Source: Roseateles sp.
Lineage (GTDB): Bacteria > Pseudomonadota > Gammaproteobacteria > Burkholderiales > Burkholderiaceae_C
Assembly (NCBI RefSeq): GCF_046300915.1
Contig: NZ_JBKCLH010000140.1
Location: 3,380-67,379 of the forward strand
DNA length: 64,000 nucleotides
Reading direction: 5' to 3'
Part shown: in pieces, positions 1 to 11,112 of the stretch
Layout: each line of letters starts with the position of its first letter
How positions within the stretch are numbered: position 1 is the first letter of the stretch
The notes under the pieces: model-generated
Seen by the model: only the letters and a program-made list of their open reading frames with translations
Database searches by the model: none
What the model was told of the DNA's origin: nothing
Translations under genes and position numbers: made by a program

Positions 1-222
1 TCCCTGCTGAACGCCACGGCCTGCACCTTCTTGCCGGTGCTGGCGGTGATGATGGCCATTGAGCGCATCGGGGCCACCCTGGCCGCCCAGACCGGCATGA
101 TCGGCCCCATGTCCACCATCCTGATGGGCGTGTGGATCCTGGGCGAGCCCTTCACGCCCCTGGTGGCCGTGGGGACGGTGCTGGTGATGGGTGGCGTCTG
201 GTTGTTGACGAGATGGAGATGA
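1..222 (+). CDS. DMT/EamA-family transporter, C-terminal fragment (gene begins upstream of the window)
   Basis: Frame 1 is open from the window edge. Hydrophobic TM helices with an EamA-like C-terminus (GEPFTPLVAVGTVLVMGGVWLL). Stop at 220-222. Confidence 0.6.
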   Translation, partial: SLLNATACTFLPVLAVMMAIERIGATLAAQTGMIGPMSTILMGVWILGEPFTPLVAVGTVLVMGGVWLLTRWR

Positions 223-226
223 AACG

Positions 227-1015
227 ATGGACTTGGGACTGAAGGGCCGCTGGGCCCTGGTGTGTGCGGCCAGCAAGGGCCTGGGGCGCGGCTGCGCCGA
301 GGCGCTGGCGGCCGAAGGCGTGAATGTGGTGATCACGGCGCGTGGCGCCGAGGCCCTGGAAGCCACGGCCGCCGCCATTCGCGCGGCACATCCGGGTGTG
401 GAGGTGCGCACCGTGGCCGGCGATATCGCCACGGCCCAGGGCCGGGCCGCAGCCCTGGCCGCCTGCCCGCAGGTGGACATCCTGGTGAACAATGCCGGCG
501 GCCCGCCGCCCGGTGACTTCCGCGACTGGGGCCGCGAAGAGTGGCTGGCGGCGCTGGAGGCGAACATGCTCACGCCCATCGAGCTGATCAAGGCCACGGT
601 GGATGGCATGGCCGAGCGCGGTTTCGGCCGGGTGGTGAACATCACCTCGGGCGCGGTCAAGGCGCCCATCGATGTCCTGGGCCTCTCCAACGGCGCCCGC
701 TCCGGCCTGACCGGCTTTGTGGCCGGGCTCTCGCGCCAGGCCCGCCTGGCGGGCCGCAATGTGACGATCAACAATCTGCTGCCCGGCGCCTTCGATACCG
801 AGCGCTTGCAGAAGACCCTGGCGGCGGGCGCGGCCAAGAGCGGGCAGGCGGCAGATGAGGTGGCGGCCAAGCGCCGCGCCGGCATCCCGGCCCAGCGCTT
901 TGGCACGGCGGCCGAGTTCGGCGCCGTCTGCGCCATGCTCTGCAGCCAGCAGATGGGCTACCTCACCGGCCAGAACATCCTGCTGGACGGCGGCGCCTAC
1001 CCCGGTACCTTCTAA
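227..1015 (+). CDS. SDR-family oxidoreductase
   Basis: ATG at 227 preceded by GGAG (215-218). About 262 aa, with a Rossmann N-terminus (ALVCAASKGLGRG), NNAG motif and typical SDR length. Confidence 0.85.
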   Translation: MDLGLKGRWALVCAASKGLGRGCAEALAAEGVNVVITARGAEALEATAAAIRAAHPGVEVRTVAGDIATAQGRAAALAACPQVDILVNNAGGPPPGDFRDWGREEWLAALEANMLTPIELIKATVDGMAERGFGRVVNITSGAVKAPIDVLGLSNGARSGLTGFVAGLSRQARLAGRNVTINNLLPGAFDTERLQKTLAAGAAKSGQAADEVAAKRRAGIPAQRFGTAAEFGAVCAMLCSQQMGYLTGQNILLDGGAYPGTF

Positions 1016-1025
1016 GTCGGCCAAG

Positions 1026-1068
1026 AAAAAGCCCGGCGGGCCGCTGGCGGCCGCTCCGGGCTTTTGTT
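1026..1068. terminator. Bidirectional rho-independent terminator between convergent genes
   Basis: AAAAAGCCCGG...CCGGGCTTTTG: GC-rich inverted repeat flanked by an A-run and a T-run. Confidence 0.6.
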
Positions 1069-1087
1069 CAGCCGAGGCGAGGGCTGA

Positions 1088-2116
1088 TTACTGCTTACGC
1101 AGCAGCACCTTCTTGACCCAGCCCTCGCCCTTGGGCGACTGCACTTTCAGGAAGCCGTCCTTCTCCTCGCCCAGGTACAGCACCTCGTCGCTGCGGGCCA
1201 GGGTCTGCAGCTCGGGCGCGCCCTCGCGCGGCAAGCGCAGCACCTTGGCGCCGCCGATCTTGGGCACCATCACATCGCCCTCGGCCGCGGCATTGGCCTG
1301 CACGCTCTTGGCCGCATTGGCCTGGGCCGCCGCGCCCGCCTTGGGCTGGATCAGGGAAGGGTTGTTCTTGACCGCGCGAACGATGTTGTTCCAGTTGTCC
1401 ACGAAGGAGGCGGTGATCACCTTGCCCTCGTTGGTGTTGGAGTAGCCGCCGGCGCCCACGCCCACGCCGCCCCCGAAGAGGGCACCGCCCAGGGAGAAAT
1501 CGGCCTTCTCGGCGCTGCCCTCGGCCGCCGCCACCTGGATGCCCGAGCGGGCGTCCACCAGCAGCATGCTGGTCTGGGCCTGCTTGAACTTCAGGCCGCC
1601 GGCGATGGCGCCCAGGGCCCGGCCGGCACCGCCGAACAGACCCAGCACGCCCGCGCCCACGCCGCCGGCATTGTTCTCGGAGAACACCACATTGGGCGTG
1701 ACCAGGAAGTCGGCCGTGACCATCTGGCCCTGGCCCATGTTGGAGCCCTGCTGCAGCATGCCGGACTGGGCCAGCTGGCGCTCCTGCATCATGTTCTGCA
1801 TGGCCACACCGCGCTCGATGACCTGGAAGCAGTTGGACTGCTGGATGATCATGCGGATCAGGCCGTTGGGCGAGGCCAGGCCGTAGCCGCGCAGGCGCAC
1901 CAGCAGATCGTCCTGCGGCTCATGCACGGCGATCGTGCCCTTGGGCGCGTCGCAGCGCTCCAGCTGGCTGTTGGCATTCTGGGCGCCGTCCGGGCCCGCG
2001 CTGCCGGTGGCCACCGAGCCGCCCTTGCCCAGCTCCTGGGCCGCGGAGACGAGGGGGATCAGGGCCAGCAGGCCGCAGACAGCAGGGATGCGCCAGGCGC
2101 GGGCTTTGGATGCCAT
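1088..2116 (-). CDS. CsgG/HfaB-family periplasmic/outer-membrane protein with C-terminal bacterial SH3 domain
   Basis: ATG at 2116 (MASKARAW...) with a signal peptide. CsgG-like core (TIAVHEPQ..., FQVIERG, ADFLVTPNVV, Gly-rich loops). C-terminal about 65 aa are SH3b-like (VLRLPREGAPELQTLARSDEVLYLGEEKDGFLKVQSPKGEGWV). Confidence 0.7.
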   Translation of the reverse strand: MASKARAWRIPAVCGLLALIPLVSAAQELGKGGSVATGSAGPDGAQNANSQLERCDAPKGTIAVHEPQDDLLVRLRGYGLASPNGLIRMIIQQSNCFQVIERGVAMQNMMQERQLAQSGMLQQGSNMGQGQMVTADFLVTPNVVFSENNAGGVGAGVLGLFGGAGRALGAIAGGLKFKQAQTSMLLVDARSGIQVAAAEGSAEKADFSLGGALFGGGVGVGAGGYSNTNEGKVITASFVDNWNNIVRAVKNNPSLIQPKAGAAAQANAAKSVQANAAAEGDVMVPKIGGAKVLRLPREGAPELQTLARSDEVLYLGEEKDGFLKVQSPKGEGWVKKVLLRKQ

Positions 2117-2214
2117 GTGTGAACTCCCGTTTCTTGGATGACAAGCGAAAACGCGAATTCTGGCAGTCACCCCCGGCGGCTCACACCCCAAGAATCAGCT
2201 TCTTGCGGACTCGC

Positions 2215-3132
2215 TCACGAACTGGCGGCCGGGCGTCGCGTCGAGACCACGATGCCGCCCACGATCAGGGCAAAGGCCGCCCCGTGGTACCAGGCCGGCC
2301 ACTCGCCCAGCAGGGCGGCCGACATCAGGGCGGCAAAGACCGGGGTCAGGTTCACGAAGAAGGCGGCCAGGGCCGGACCGGCCTCGGCCACGCCCTGGCC
2401 CCAGCAACGGTAGGCGATCAGCGAAGGGCCGATGGCCACATAGACCAGGGCCAGGAGCAGGGCCGGGCTCCAGTGGATGGGTTGCCCGGTCCAGAGCTGC
2501 TCGGCGCCGGCGCTGCCGACCGCGAAGATCAGGCCGAAGGCCAGCTGGCTCATCATGGTCTCGGCCCAGTTCCAGGCCGGCTTCTCCTCGCCCTGCATAT
2601 GTGCCGGCGGGCGCGCCAGCAGCCAGCTGTAGAGCGCCCAGGAGAAGACGGCCAGCAGCATCAGCAAATCGCCGGGCAGGAAGTGCAGCTCAGCCAGGCG
2701 TGCAAGCTCGCCATGCGTGATCACGAAGGCTACGCCCACCAGGGAGAGCAGGGCGCCCAGCAACTGGGGCCGCGTGGGCTTCACGCCATAGACCAAGGCG
2801 CCGACGGCCATCATCCACACCGGCATGCTGGCGGTGATCAGGGTCACGTTCAGTGCGGTGGAGCTGCGCAGGGCCTGGTATTGCAGGGCGTTGTAGCAGC
2901 CCATGCCCAGCACGCCGACCAGGGCCAGATAGGGCCAGCGCCGTAGCAGCGGGCCCGGATGGCGCAGCAGCCGCCAGCTCAGGGGCAGCAGCAGCAGGAA
3001 GACCAGGCCCCAGCGCAGGCTGTTCAGCAGCAGCGGCGGCACGCTGGTGGCCACCAGGCGCCCGACCACGGCATTGCCGGCCCAGAGCAGGGGCGGCAGG
3101 GTGAGCAGAAGTGCAAGTCGGGGCGTGAGCAT
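2215..3132 (-). CDS. DMT/EamA-family transporter (10-TM)
   Basis: ATG at 3132 (MLTPRLALLL...). 305 aa, two EamA-like halves, highly hydrophobic. The track ORF 2215..4143 is an artefactual 5' extension antisense to qor. Confidence 0.85.
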   Translation of the reverse strand: MLTPRLALLLTLPPLLWAGNAVVGRLVATSVPPLLLNSLRWGLVFLLLLPLSWRLLRHPGPLLRRWPYLALVGVLGMGCYNALQYQALRSSTALNVTLITASMPVWMMAVGALVYGVKPTRPQLLGALLSLVGVAFVITHGELARLAELHFLPGDLLMLLAVFSWALYSWLLARPPAHMQGEEKPAWNWAETMMSQLAFGLIFAVGSAGAEQLWTGQPIHWSPALLLALVYVAIGPSLIAYRCWGQGVAEAGPALAAFFVNLTPVFAALMSAALLGEWPAWYHGAAFALIVGGIVVSTRRPAASS

Positions 3133-3201
3133 CGGGGCGGGCACATGGCGGCAAAGGCTGGCACGATAGCGGAAGTTCAACAGTCGATGAGGAGCATGTC
3201 G

Positions 3202-4173
3202 ATGAGCCGAGGCGAGCGAGAGCTTGTGATCCAGTCCCCGGGCGGGCCCGAGGTGCTGCAGTGGACGCCGGTGCAGGTGGGCGAACCCGGCCCCGGCGAG
3301 CTGCGGCTGCGCCACCATGCCATCGGTCTGAACTACATCGACATCTACCACCGCAGCGGCGCCTACCCGCTGCCGCTGCCGGCCCGCCTGGGCATGGAGG
3401 CGGCCGGCGTGGTGGAGGCGGTGGGCGAGGGCGTGACGCATCTGGCCGTGGGTGACCGCGTGGCCTATGCCAGCCAACCGCCTGGCGCCTATGCCACGGC
3501 CCGCGTGATGCCGGCGCGTTGTGTGGTGCGATTGCCGGAGGGCATCGACTTCGAGACCGGCGCGGCCATGATGCTCAAGGGCCTGACGGCCCAGTACCTG
3601 CTGCGCAAGACCCTGCCCCAGGGCGGTCTGGCGGCGGGCGACTTCGTGCTCTTTCATGCCGCGGCCGGCGGCGTGGGTCTGATCGCCTGCCAGTGGGCGC
3701 GCGCCCTGGGCCTGCGCCTGATCGCCACCGCGGGCTCGGACGAGAAATGCGCCCTGGCCCTGGAGGCCGGGGCGGTGCACGCCATCAACTACCGACGCGA
3801 GGACTTCGCGGCCCGCGTGCGCGAGATCACCGGCGGCCAGGGCGTGAAGGTGGTGTACGACTCGGTGGGTCTGGACACCTTCGAGGGCTCGCTCAACAGC
3901 CTGGCGCCCTTCGGCCTGCTGGTGAGCTTTGGCAATGCCTCGGGTTTTGCGCCCCCGGTGCAGCTGGGCCAGCTGGCGGCCAAGGGCTCGCTCTATGTGA
4001 CCCGGCCCACGCTTTTCACCCATCTGGCCACGCGCGAATCCACCCAGGCCATGGCCGACGATCTGTTCGCGCGTGTGCTGGCCGGCGATATCAAGATCCG
4101 TGTGGAACAGCGCTACACCCTGGACCAGGTTCAGCAGGCACACCGGGATCTGGAGGCGCGCCGCACCGTGGGC

Positions 4174-4194
<21 letters not shown>
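3202..4194 (+). CDS. qor: NADPH:quinone oxidoreductase (zeta-crystallin/MDR family)
   Basis: AGGAG at 3190-3194 followed by in-frame ATGs at 3196 and 3202 (3187 is also possible). GGPEVL N-terminus and AAAGGVG nucleotide-binding motif. About 330 aa. Confidence 0.85.
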
Positions 4195-5691
<1,497 letters not shown>

Positions 5692-5767
5692 GGGCGGCGG
5701 CGTGGTCAACGCCGTGAATTGTCGCTGCGGCGGCAGATCCGCCGCTGAGGATTTTCACCGTGCAGCA

Positions 5768-6556
5768 TTACGCCTTGACGGCGCTGCGGTAGGCATGCCA
5801 GCTGGCGTGTCCCAGCCAGGGCCCGACCACCAAGAGGCCGGCAAAGCCCGGCAACATGGCCAGCACGACCAGCACCGTGATCAAGGCGCCCCAGAAGAGC
5901 ATGACCCCGGTCTGGGTCAGCAGCAGGCGCAGGCTGGTCAGGCCGGCGGTCACCGCGTCGGTGGGCCGGTCCAGCAGCATGGGAATCGCGATCACGCTGA
6001 TGCCGTAGATCAAACCGGCAAAGACCGCGCCCACGCCGAGATAGGCCACGATGAAGCCCAGGTTCTCGGGGTCCAGCAGCTTCCAGACGGAGCCGGCAAA
6101 GTCCGGCATGCCATCGAAGCTCACCGCAAAGACCACCAGGGCGGCTCGCCCCCAGATCATCTCCAGCACCAGCAGCACCGCGCCAAAGAGGGCCAGCTGC
6201 CCGATGCGGGCCTCGAAGGCCAGCAGGGAGTCGCCCAGATCGGGCTGCTCGCCGCGCTCCAGCCGCTGGCTGACCTGGTACAGACCCAGGCAGAGAAAGG
6301 GGCCCATCAGCAGGAAGCCGGCCGAGAGCGCCAGCGTGTAGGCCGGCGCATGACGGAAGACCACCAGCAGGGCCCAGCCCATGGCCACGAAGCACAGACC
6401 ATAGAACAGCGCGATGCCCGGCGCGCGGCGCAGATCGCGCCAGCCGGCCGCCAGCCAGCGCAGCGGATCGCGCCAGCTCAGGGTATTGAGCGCGATGTCG
6501 AAGGCCGAGGTGCCGGGTTCGGCCGCTTTGTCGTCGAGGGGGTCGGTCGGGGCCAT
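5768..6556 (-). CDS. DUF2189-like integral membrane protein
   Basis: 262 aa, multiple TM helices. N-terminal pattern ...LSWRDPLRWLAAGWRDL... is typical of the DUF2189 family as I recall it. Confidence 0.7.
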   Translation of the reverse strand: MAPTDPLDDKAAEPGTSAFDIALNTLSWRDPLRWLAAGWRDLRRAPGIALFYGLCFVAMGWALLVVFRHAPAYTLALSAGFLLMGPFLCLGLYQVSQRLERGEQPDLGDSLLAFEARIGQLALFGAVLLVLEMIWGRAALVVFAVSFDGMPDFAGSVWKLLDPENLGFIVAYLGVGAVFAGLIYGISVIAIPMLLDRPTDAVTAGLTSLRLLLTQTGVMLFWGALITVLVVLAMLPGFAGLLVVGPWLGHASWHAYRSAVKA

Positions 6557-6628
6557 GCCCCAGCGTAAGCGGCCCGACCGGCTCCGTACCAGCGGGTTAG
6601 CCCGGGACTGCGGGATGCCTCGGGGTAC

Positions 6629-7129
6629 TCAGCCGCCGCGGCGCACGCGCCGGATCTCGTCCCAGATCAACAGCACCGCGCCCACGGTGATGGCGCTGTC
6701 GGCCACATTGAAGGAGGGGTAGTACCAGCCGGCCCAGTGCAGCTGGATGAAGTCCACCACATAGCCGTGCAGCAGCCGGTCCACCACATTGCCGATGGCG
6801 CCGCCCATGATCAGGGTGAGGGCAGTGGCAAACAGGGTCTGCTGACCATGCCGGCGCAACATCCAGATGATGAAGATGGTGGCGACCGTTCCCAGACCCA
6901 CGAAGAACCAGCGCTGCCAGCCCGAGGCCCCGGCCAGGAAGCTGAAGGCGGCGCCCGTGTTGTGGACCCGCACGACATTGAAGAAGCTGGTCACGTAGCG
7001 GCTGTCGCCCAGCTGGAAGTGCCCCAGGATCAGGGTCTTGGTGAACTGGTCCAGCAGGATAACGAGCAGGGCAATGCCCAGCCACAAACCCATGCGGGAG
7101 GACGGGGATTTGGTAGAAGCGGAACGCAT
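6629..7129 (-). CDS. lspA: Lipoprotein signal peptidase (signal peptidase II)
   Basis: NTGAAFSF motif, 4 TM, about 166 aa, immediately downstream of ileS (conserved ribF-ileS-lspA synteny). Confidence 0.92.
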   Translation of the reverse strand: MRSASTKSPSSRMGLWLGIALLVILLDQFTKTLILGHFQLGDSRYVTSFFNVVRVHNTGAAFSFLAGASGWQRWFFVGLGTVATIFIIWMLRRHGQQTLFATALTLIMGGAIGNVVDRLLHGYVVDFIQLHWAGWYYPSFNVADSAITVGAVLLIWDEIRRVRRGG

Positions 7130-7141
7130 GGCCTGCTGTCC

Positions 7142-9970
7142 TCAGGCCACGCGGCGGGCTTCGCCGTCGCCATGCAGATTGCTGTCGCAGCGGCCGCACA
7201 GCGCGGGATGCTCGGGATTGATGCCCACATCCTCGCGGTAGTGCCAGCAGCGCTCGCACTTCTGATGGCTGGACGGTGTGACCTTGATGCTCAGCTCGGC
7301 CGCCGCCTCGACGCGCGCCGCCGAGGTGATCAGCACGAACTTCAGGTCATCGCCCAAGCTTTGCAGCAGGGCCAGGTCTTGCTCGGGCGCGCCGATCAGC
7401 AGCTCGGCCTGCAGGGAGGCACCCACCTGGCCCTGGCTGCGCAGGTCTTCAATGGCCTTGTTGGCCAATTCACGGATCTCGCGAACACGCCCCCACTTCG
7501 CCAGCAGCGCTGCGTCGGCGGGCGGGAACTGCCAGAAGGTCTCGGTGAAGATGGTCTCACCACCGTTGAACACCTTCCAGGCTTCCTCGGCCGTGAAGCT
7601 CAGGAAGGGAGCCATCCAGCGCAGCATGCCGTTCGTGATGTGCCACAGCGCGGTCTGGGCCGAGCGACGGGCGACGCTCTTGGGGGCCGTGGTGTAGAGG
7701 CGGTCCTTGAGCACGTCCAGATAGAAGCCACCCAGGTCCTCCGAGCAGTAGACCTGCAGCTTGGCCACCACCGGGTGGAACTCGTAGCGCTCGAAGTGCG
7801 CCAGCACCTCGGCCTGGAACTCGGCGGCGCGGGCCAGGGCGTAGCGATCCACTTCCAGCAGCTGGTCCAGCGGCAGGGCCTCGGTCGCGGCATCGAAGTC
7901 CGAGACATTGGCCAGCAAAAAGCGCAGGGTGTTGCGGATGCGGCGGTAGCTGTCCACCACGCGGGCCAGGATCTTCTCGTCCAGACCCAGGTCTCCCGAG
8001 TAGTCGGTGGCAGCCGTCCACAGACGCAGGATCTCGGCGCCCATCTTGTCGGACACGGTCTGCGGTGCGACCACATTGCCGACCGACTTGCTCATCTTGC
8101 GGCCCTGGCCGTCCACCACGAAGCCGTGGGTCAGCAGGCCCTTGTAGGGCGCGCGGCCGTACAGCGCTGAGGCGATCAGCAGCGAGCTGTGGAACCAGCC
8201 GCGATGCTGGTCATGGCCTTCGAGGTAGAGGTCGGCCTCGGGGCCTTCGGCATGGGCCGCGCCCGCATGGCTGCCCTTGAGCACATGCTGGAAGGTGGAG
8301 CCGGAGTCGAACCAGACATCCAGGATGTCCTGGCCCTTGCTATAGGCTTCAGCCTCGGCACCCAGCCACTCGGCCGGGTCCAGCTTGGCCCAGGCCTCGA
8401 TGCCGCCCTGCTCGACCAGCTGCGCGGCACGCTCGATGAACTCCAGGGTCCGCGGGTGGGCCTCGCCGCTGTCCTTGTGCAGGAAGATGGGCAGGGGCAC
8501 GCCCCAGCTGCGCTGGCGGGAGATGCACCAGTCGGGCCGGTTGGCGATCATGTCGCGCAGGCGGGCCCGACCGTTCTCGGGGTAGAAGCTGGTGGCGTCG
8601 ATGGCTGCCAGTGCGGTTTGGCGCAGGGTCTGGGCAGGGGCCTCGGTGGCGAAGAGGCCGGCTCCCTCGTCCATGCGCACAAACCACTGGGCGGCCGCGC
8701 GGTAGATCACCGGCGTCTTGTGGCGCCAGCAATGCGGGTAGCTGTGGGTGATCTTGCTGTGGGCCATCAGGCGGCCGGCGTTCTGCAGGGCCTCGGTGAT
8801 GACCGGGTTGGCCTTCCAGATGTGCAGGCCACCAAACAGGGGCAGGCTGGCCTCGTAAGTGCCATTGCCCTGCACCGGATTCAGGATGTCCTTGAAGGCC
8901 AGGCCGTGCGAGACGCAGCTCTGGAAGTCGTCCAGACCGTAGGCGGGTGCGGAGTGGACCACACCGGTGCCGTCGTCGGCCGTGGCGTAGTCGGCGAGAT
9001 ACACCGGGCTTTCGCGGTCATAGCCCGCATCCACATGGGCCAGCGGGTGCTTGAACTTCAGCAGCTCCAGCTGGCGGCCCTGGGTGACGGCGACCTGCTC
9101 GCCCTCCAGCTGCCAGCGCGCCAGGCATTTCTCGACCAGGGCCTCGGCCACGACGAAGTAGCCACGCGCGGTCTTGATCAGGGCGTAGGGCAGCTCCGGG
9201 TTGAGATTGAGCGCCTGGTTGGCCGGGATGGTCCAGGGTGTGGTGGTCCAGATCACCGTGAAGGCCTCGGCATCCAGCGCAGCCAGTCCGAAGGCCGCGG
9301 CCAGCTTGGCCGGCTCGGCGCAGAGGAAGGCCACGTCCACCGCCGGGCTCTGCTTGTCGGCGTACTCGATCTCGAACTCGGCCAGCGACGAGCCGCAGTC
9401 AAAGCACCAGTAGACAGGCTTGAGGCCGCGATAGACGAAGCCGCGCTCGAACAGGCGCTTGAGCACCCGGATCTCGCCGGCCTCGTTGGCGTAGTCCATG
9501 GTGCGGTAGGGCTTGTCCCATTCGCCGAGGATGCCCAGGCGCTTGAAGTCGGCGCGCTGACCGTCGATCTGCTCGCCAGCATAGGCACGGCTCTTGGCCT
9601 GGACCTCGTCCCGCGGCAGGCCGCGGCCATGGGTCTTCTCGATTTGGTTCTCGATGGGCAGGCCGTGGCAGTCCCAACCCGGGATGTAGGCCGCATCAAA
9701 GCCGGCCAGCTGGCGGGCCTTGACGATCATGTCCTTGAGGATCTTGTTGGCGGCATGGCCGATATGGATCTGGCCGTTGGCATAGGGCGGGCCGTCGTGC
9801 AGCACGAACTTCGGCGCGCCGCAGCGTGCGTCACGCAGCTTCTTGTAGATGCCTTGCTCTTCCCAGGCCTTGACCCAGGCGGGCTCACGCTTGGGCAGGT
9901 CGCCCCGCATCGGGAAGGGGGTATCGGGCAGGTTCAGGGTGGAGCGGTAGTCTTTGGCGGCGTCGGTCAT
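7142..9970 (-). CDS. ileS: Isoleucine--tRNA ligase
   Basis: 942 aa. HIGH motif (GQIHIGHA), KMSKS motif, C-terminal Zn-finger cysteines (CERCW...CGRC). Confidence 0.97.
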   Translation of the reverse strand: MTDAAKDYRSTLNLPDTPFPMRGDLPKREPAWVKAWEEQGIYKKLRDARCGAPKFVLHDGPPYANGQIHIGHAANKILKDMIVKARQLAGFDAAYIPGWDCHGLPIENQIEKTHGRGLPRDEVQAKSRAYAGEQIDGQRADFKRLGILGEWDKPYRTMDYANEAGEIRVLKRLFERGFVYRGLKPVYWCFDCGSSLAEFEIEYADKQSPAVDVAFLCAEPAKLAAAFGLAALDAEAFTVIWTTTPWTIPANQALNLNPELPYALIKTARGYFVVAEALVEKCLARWQLEGEQVAVTQGRQLELLKFKHPLAHVDAGYDRESPVYLADYATADDGTGVVHSAPAYGLDDFQSCVSHGLAFKDILNPVQGNGTYEASLPLFGGLHIWKANPVITEALQNAGRLMAHSKITHSYPHCWRHKTPVIYRAAAQWFVRMDEGAGLFATEAPAQTLRQTALAAIDATSFYPENGRARLRDMIANRPDWCISRQRSWGVPLPIFLHKDSGEAHPRTLEFIERAAQLVEQGGIEAWAKLDPAEWLGAEAEAYSKGQDILDVWFDSGSTFQHVLKGSHAGAAHAEGPEADLYLEGHDQHRGWFHSSLLIASALYGRAPYKGLLTHGFVVDGQGRKMSKSVGNVVAPQTVSDKMGAEILRLWTAATDYSGDLGLDEKILARVVDSYRRIRNTLRFLLANVSDFDAATEALPLDQLLEVDRYALARAAEFQAEVLAHFERYEFHPVVAKLQVYCSEDLGGFYLDVLKDRLYTTAPKSVARRSAQTALWHITNGMLRWMAPFLSFTAEEAWKVFNGGETIFTETFWQFPPADAALLAKWGRVREIRELANKAIEDLRSQGQVGASLQAELLIGAPEQDLALLQSLGDDLKFVLITSAARVEAAAELSIKVTPSSHQKCERCWHYREDVGINPEHPALCGRCDSNLHGDGEARRVA

Positions 9971-10045
9971 GGCGGCAGCAGTGAAGGGCAGCCCCGGGGG
10001 GTCTGCGTTGTCGGGTGGGGGGGGGGCGGGGGCGCGCGCAGCGCT

Positions 10046-11080
10046 TCAAATTCGGTCGCGCGTGGTCTGGCGGCTGACCTTCACATACGAGGCGCTGTGC
10101 GCGGCCAGGTAGGCGCGCGCCTGATCCACGTCGCGGGCAATGGCCGCGCTCAGGGCTGGCAACCCGTCGTAACGGGCTTCGTCTCGCAGTTTGTGCAGGA
10201 GTTCCACGCGCACAATTTTACCGTAGGCCCCATCCCGGCCCAGCGCGGCCGGCCAGTCCAGGCAGTGCACCTCCAGCAGGATGCGTCCGGCCTCTTCCAC
10301 CGTGGGCCGCACGCCCAGGGAGGCCACACCGCCCAGCGGCTTGTCGCTCAGGCCGTGCACGCGCACCGCGTAGATGCCATGGGCGGCCGACTTGCGGTGC
10401 GGAAAGCGCAGGTTGAGGGTGCGAAAGCCGTCGCCCGCGCCCGTGCTGGACTCATTGAGCTGGCGGCCCAGCTTCTGGCCATGCACCACATGGCCCGAGA
10501 TCGAGTAGGGCCGGCCCAGCAGGCGCGCGGCAGCTTCCATATCGCCCGCGCCCAGGGCCTCGCGCACCGCCGAGCTGGAGACGCGCAGACCATGCACCTC
10601 GTAGCTCATCATGCGGGCCACATCGAAGCCTTCGCGGGCACCGGCGGCGTCCAGGGTGGCGTAGTCGCCCTGGCGCTTGGCGCCGAAGCGGAAGTCATCT
10701 CCCACCAGCACATAGCGCGCGCCCAGCCCCTCCACCAACACCTCGCGGATGAAGTCCTGCGCGCTCAGGGCGGCCAGGGTCTCATCAAAGCGCAGCACCA
10801 CCACCTGGTCGATGCCGCAGCGTTGCAGCTCGCTGAGCTTGTCTCGCAGCGGGGCGATGCGGGCGGGGGCCAGCTCGGGCTTGCCCAGGCGCTGGGCAAA
10901 AAAGTCGCGCGGGTGGGGCTCGAAGCTCAGCAGGCAGCTGGGCAGACCGCGGTGCTGGGCCTCGGAGCGCAAGAGCGCCAGCATGGCCTGATGCCCGCGG
11001 TGCACGCCGTCGAAATTGCCGATGGTCAGCGCGCACGCGGGCGCGATGCCGGGATGGTGGAAGCCGCGGAAAACCTGCAT
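10046..11080 (-). CDS. ribF: Bifunctional riboflavin kinase / FMN adenylyltransferase
   Basis: GNFDGVHRGH motif, 344 aa, located upstream of ileS. Confidence 0.95.
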   Translation of the reverse strand: MQVFRGFHHPGIAPACALTIGNFDGVHRGHQAMLALLRSEAQHRGLPSCLLSFEPHPRDFFAQRLGKPELAPARIAPLRDKLSELQRCGIDQVVVLRFDETLAALSAQDFIREVLVEGLGARYVLVGDDFRFGAKRQGDYATLDAAGAREGFDVARMMSYEVHGLRVSSSAVREALGAGDMEAAARLLGRPYSISGHVVHGQKLGRQLNESSTGAGDGFRTLNLRFPHRKSAAHGIYAVRVHGLSDKPLGGVASLGVRPTVEEAGRILLEVHCLDWPAALGRDGAYGKIVRVELLHKLRDEARYDGLPALSAAIARDVDQARAYLAAHSASYVKVSRQTTRDRI

Positions 11081-11112
11081 GGGCGAGGATTATCTACGGC
11101 CCGAACTGTCGC

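Noticed and set aside
3133-4143. 5' extension of the DMT transporter ORF (track ORF 2215..4143)
   Set aside because: The extension is antisense to qor and non-hydrophobic, and the transporter sequence begins cleanly at ATG 3132. Similar artefactual extensions were trimmed for 26563..28221 (DUF924), 29347..30432 (yaeQ), 14852..16183 (ACAD), 21972..22583 (yajQ), 22315..23592 (murB), 17385..18455 (PEP-CTERM) and 30735..32891 (dcp).
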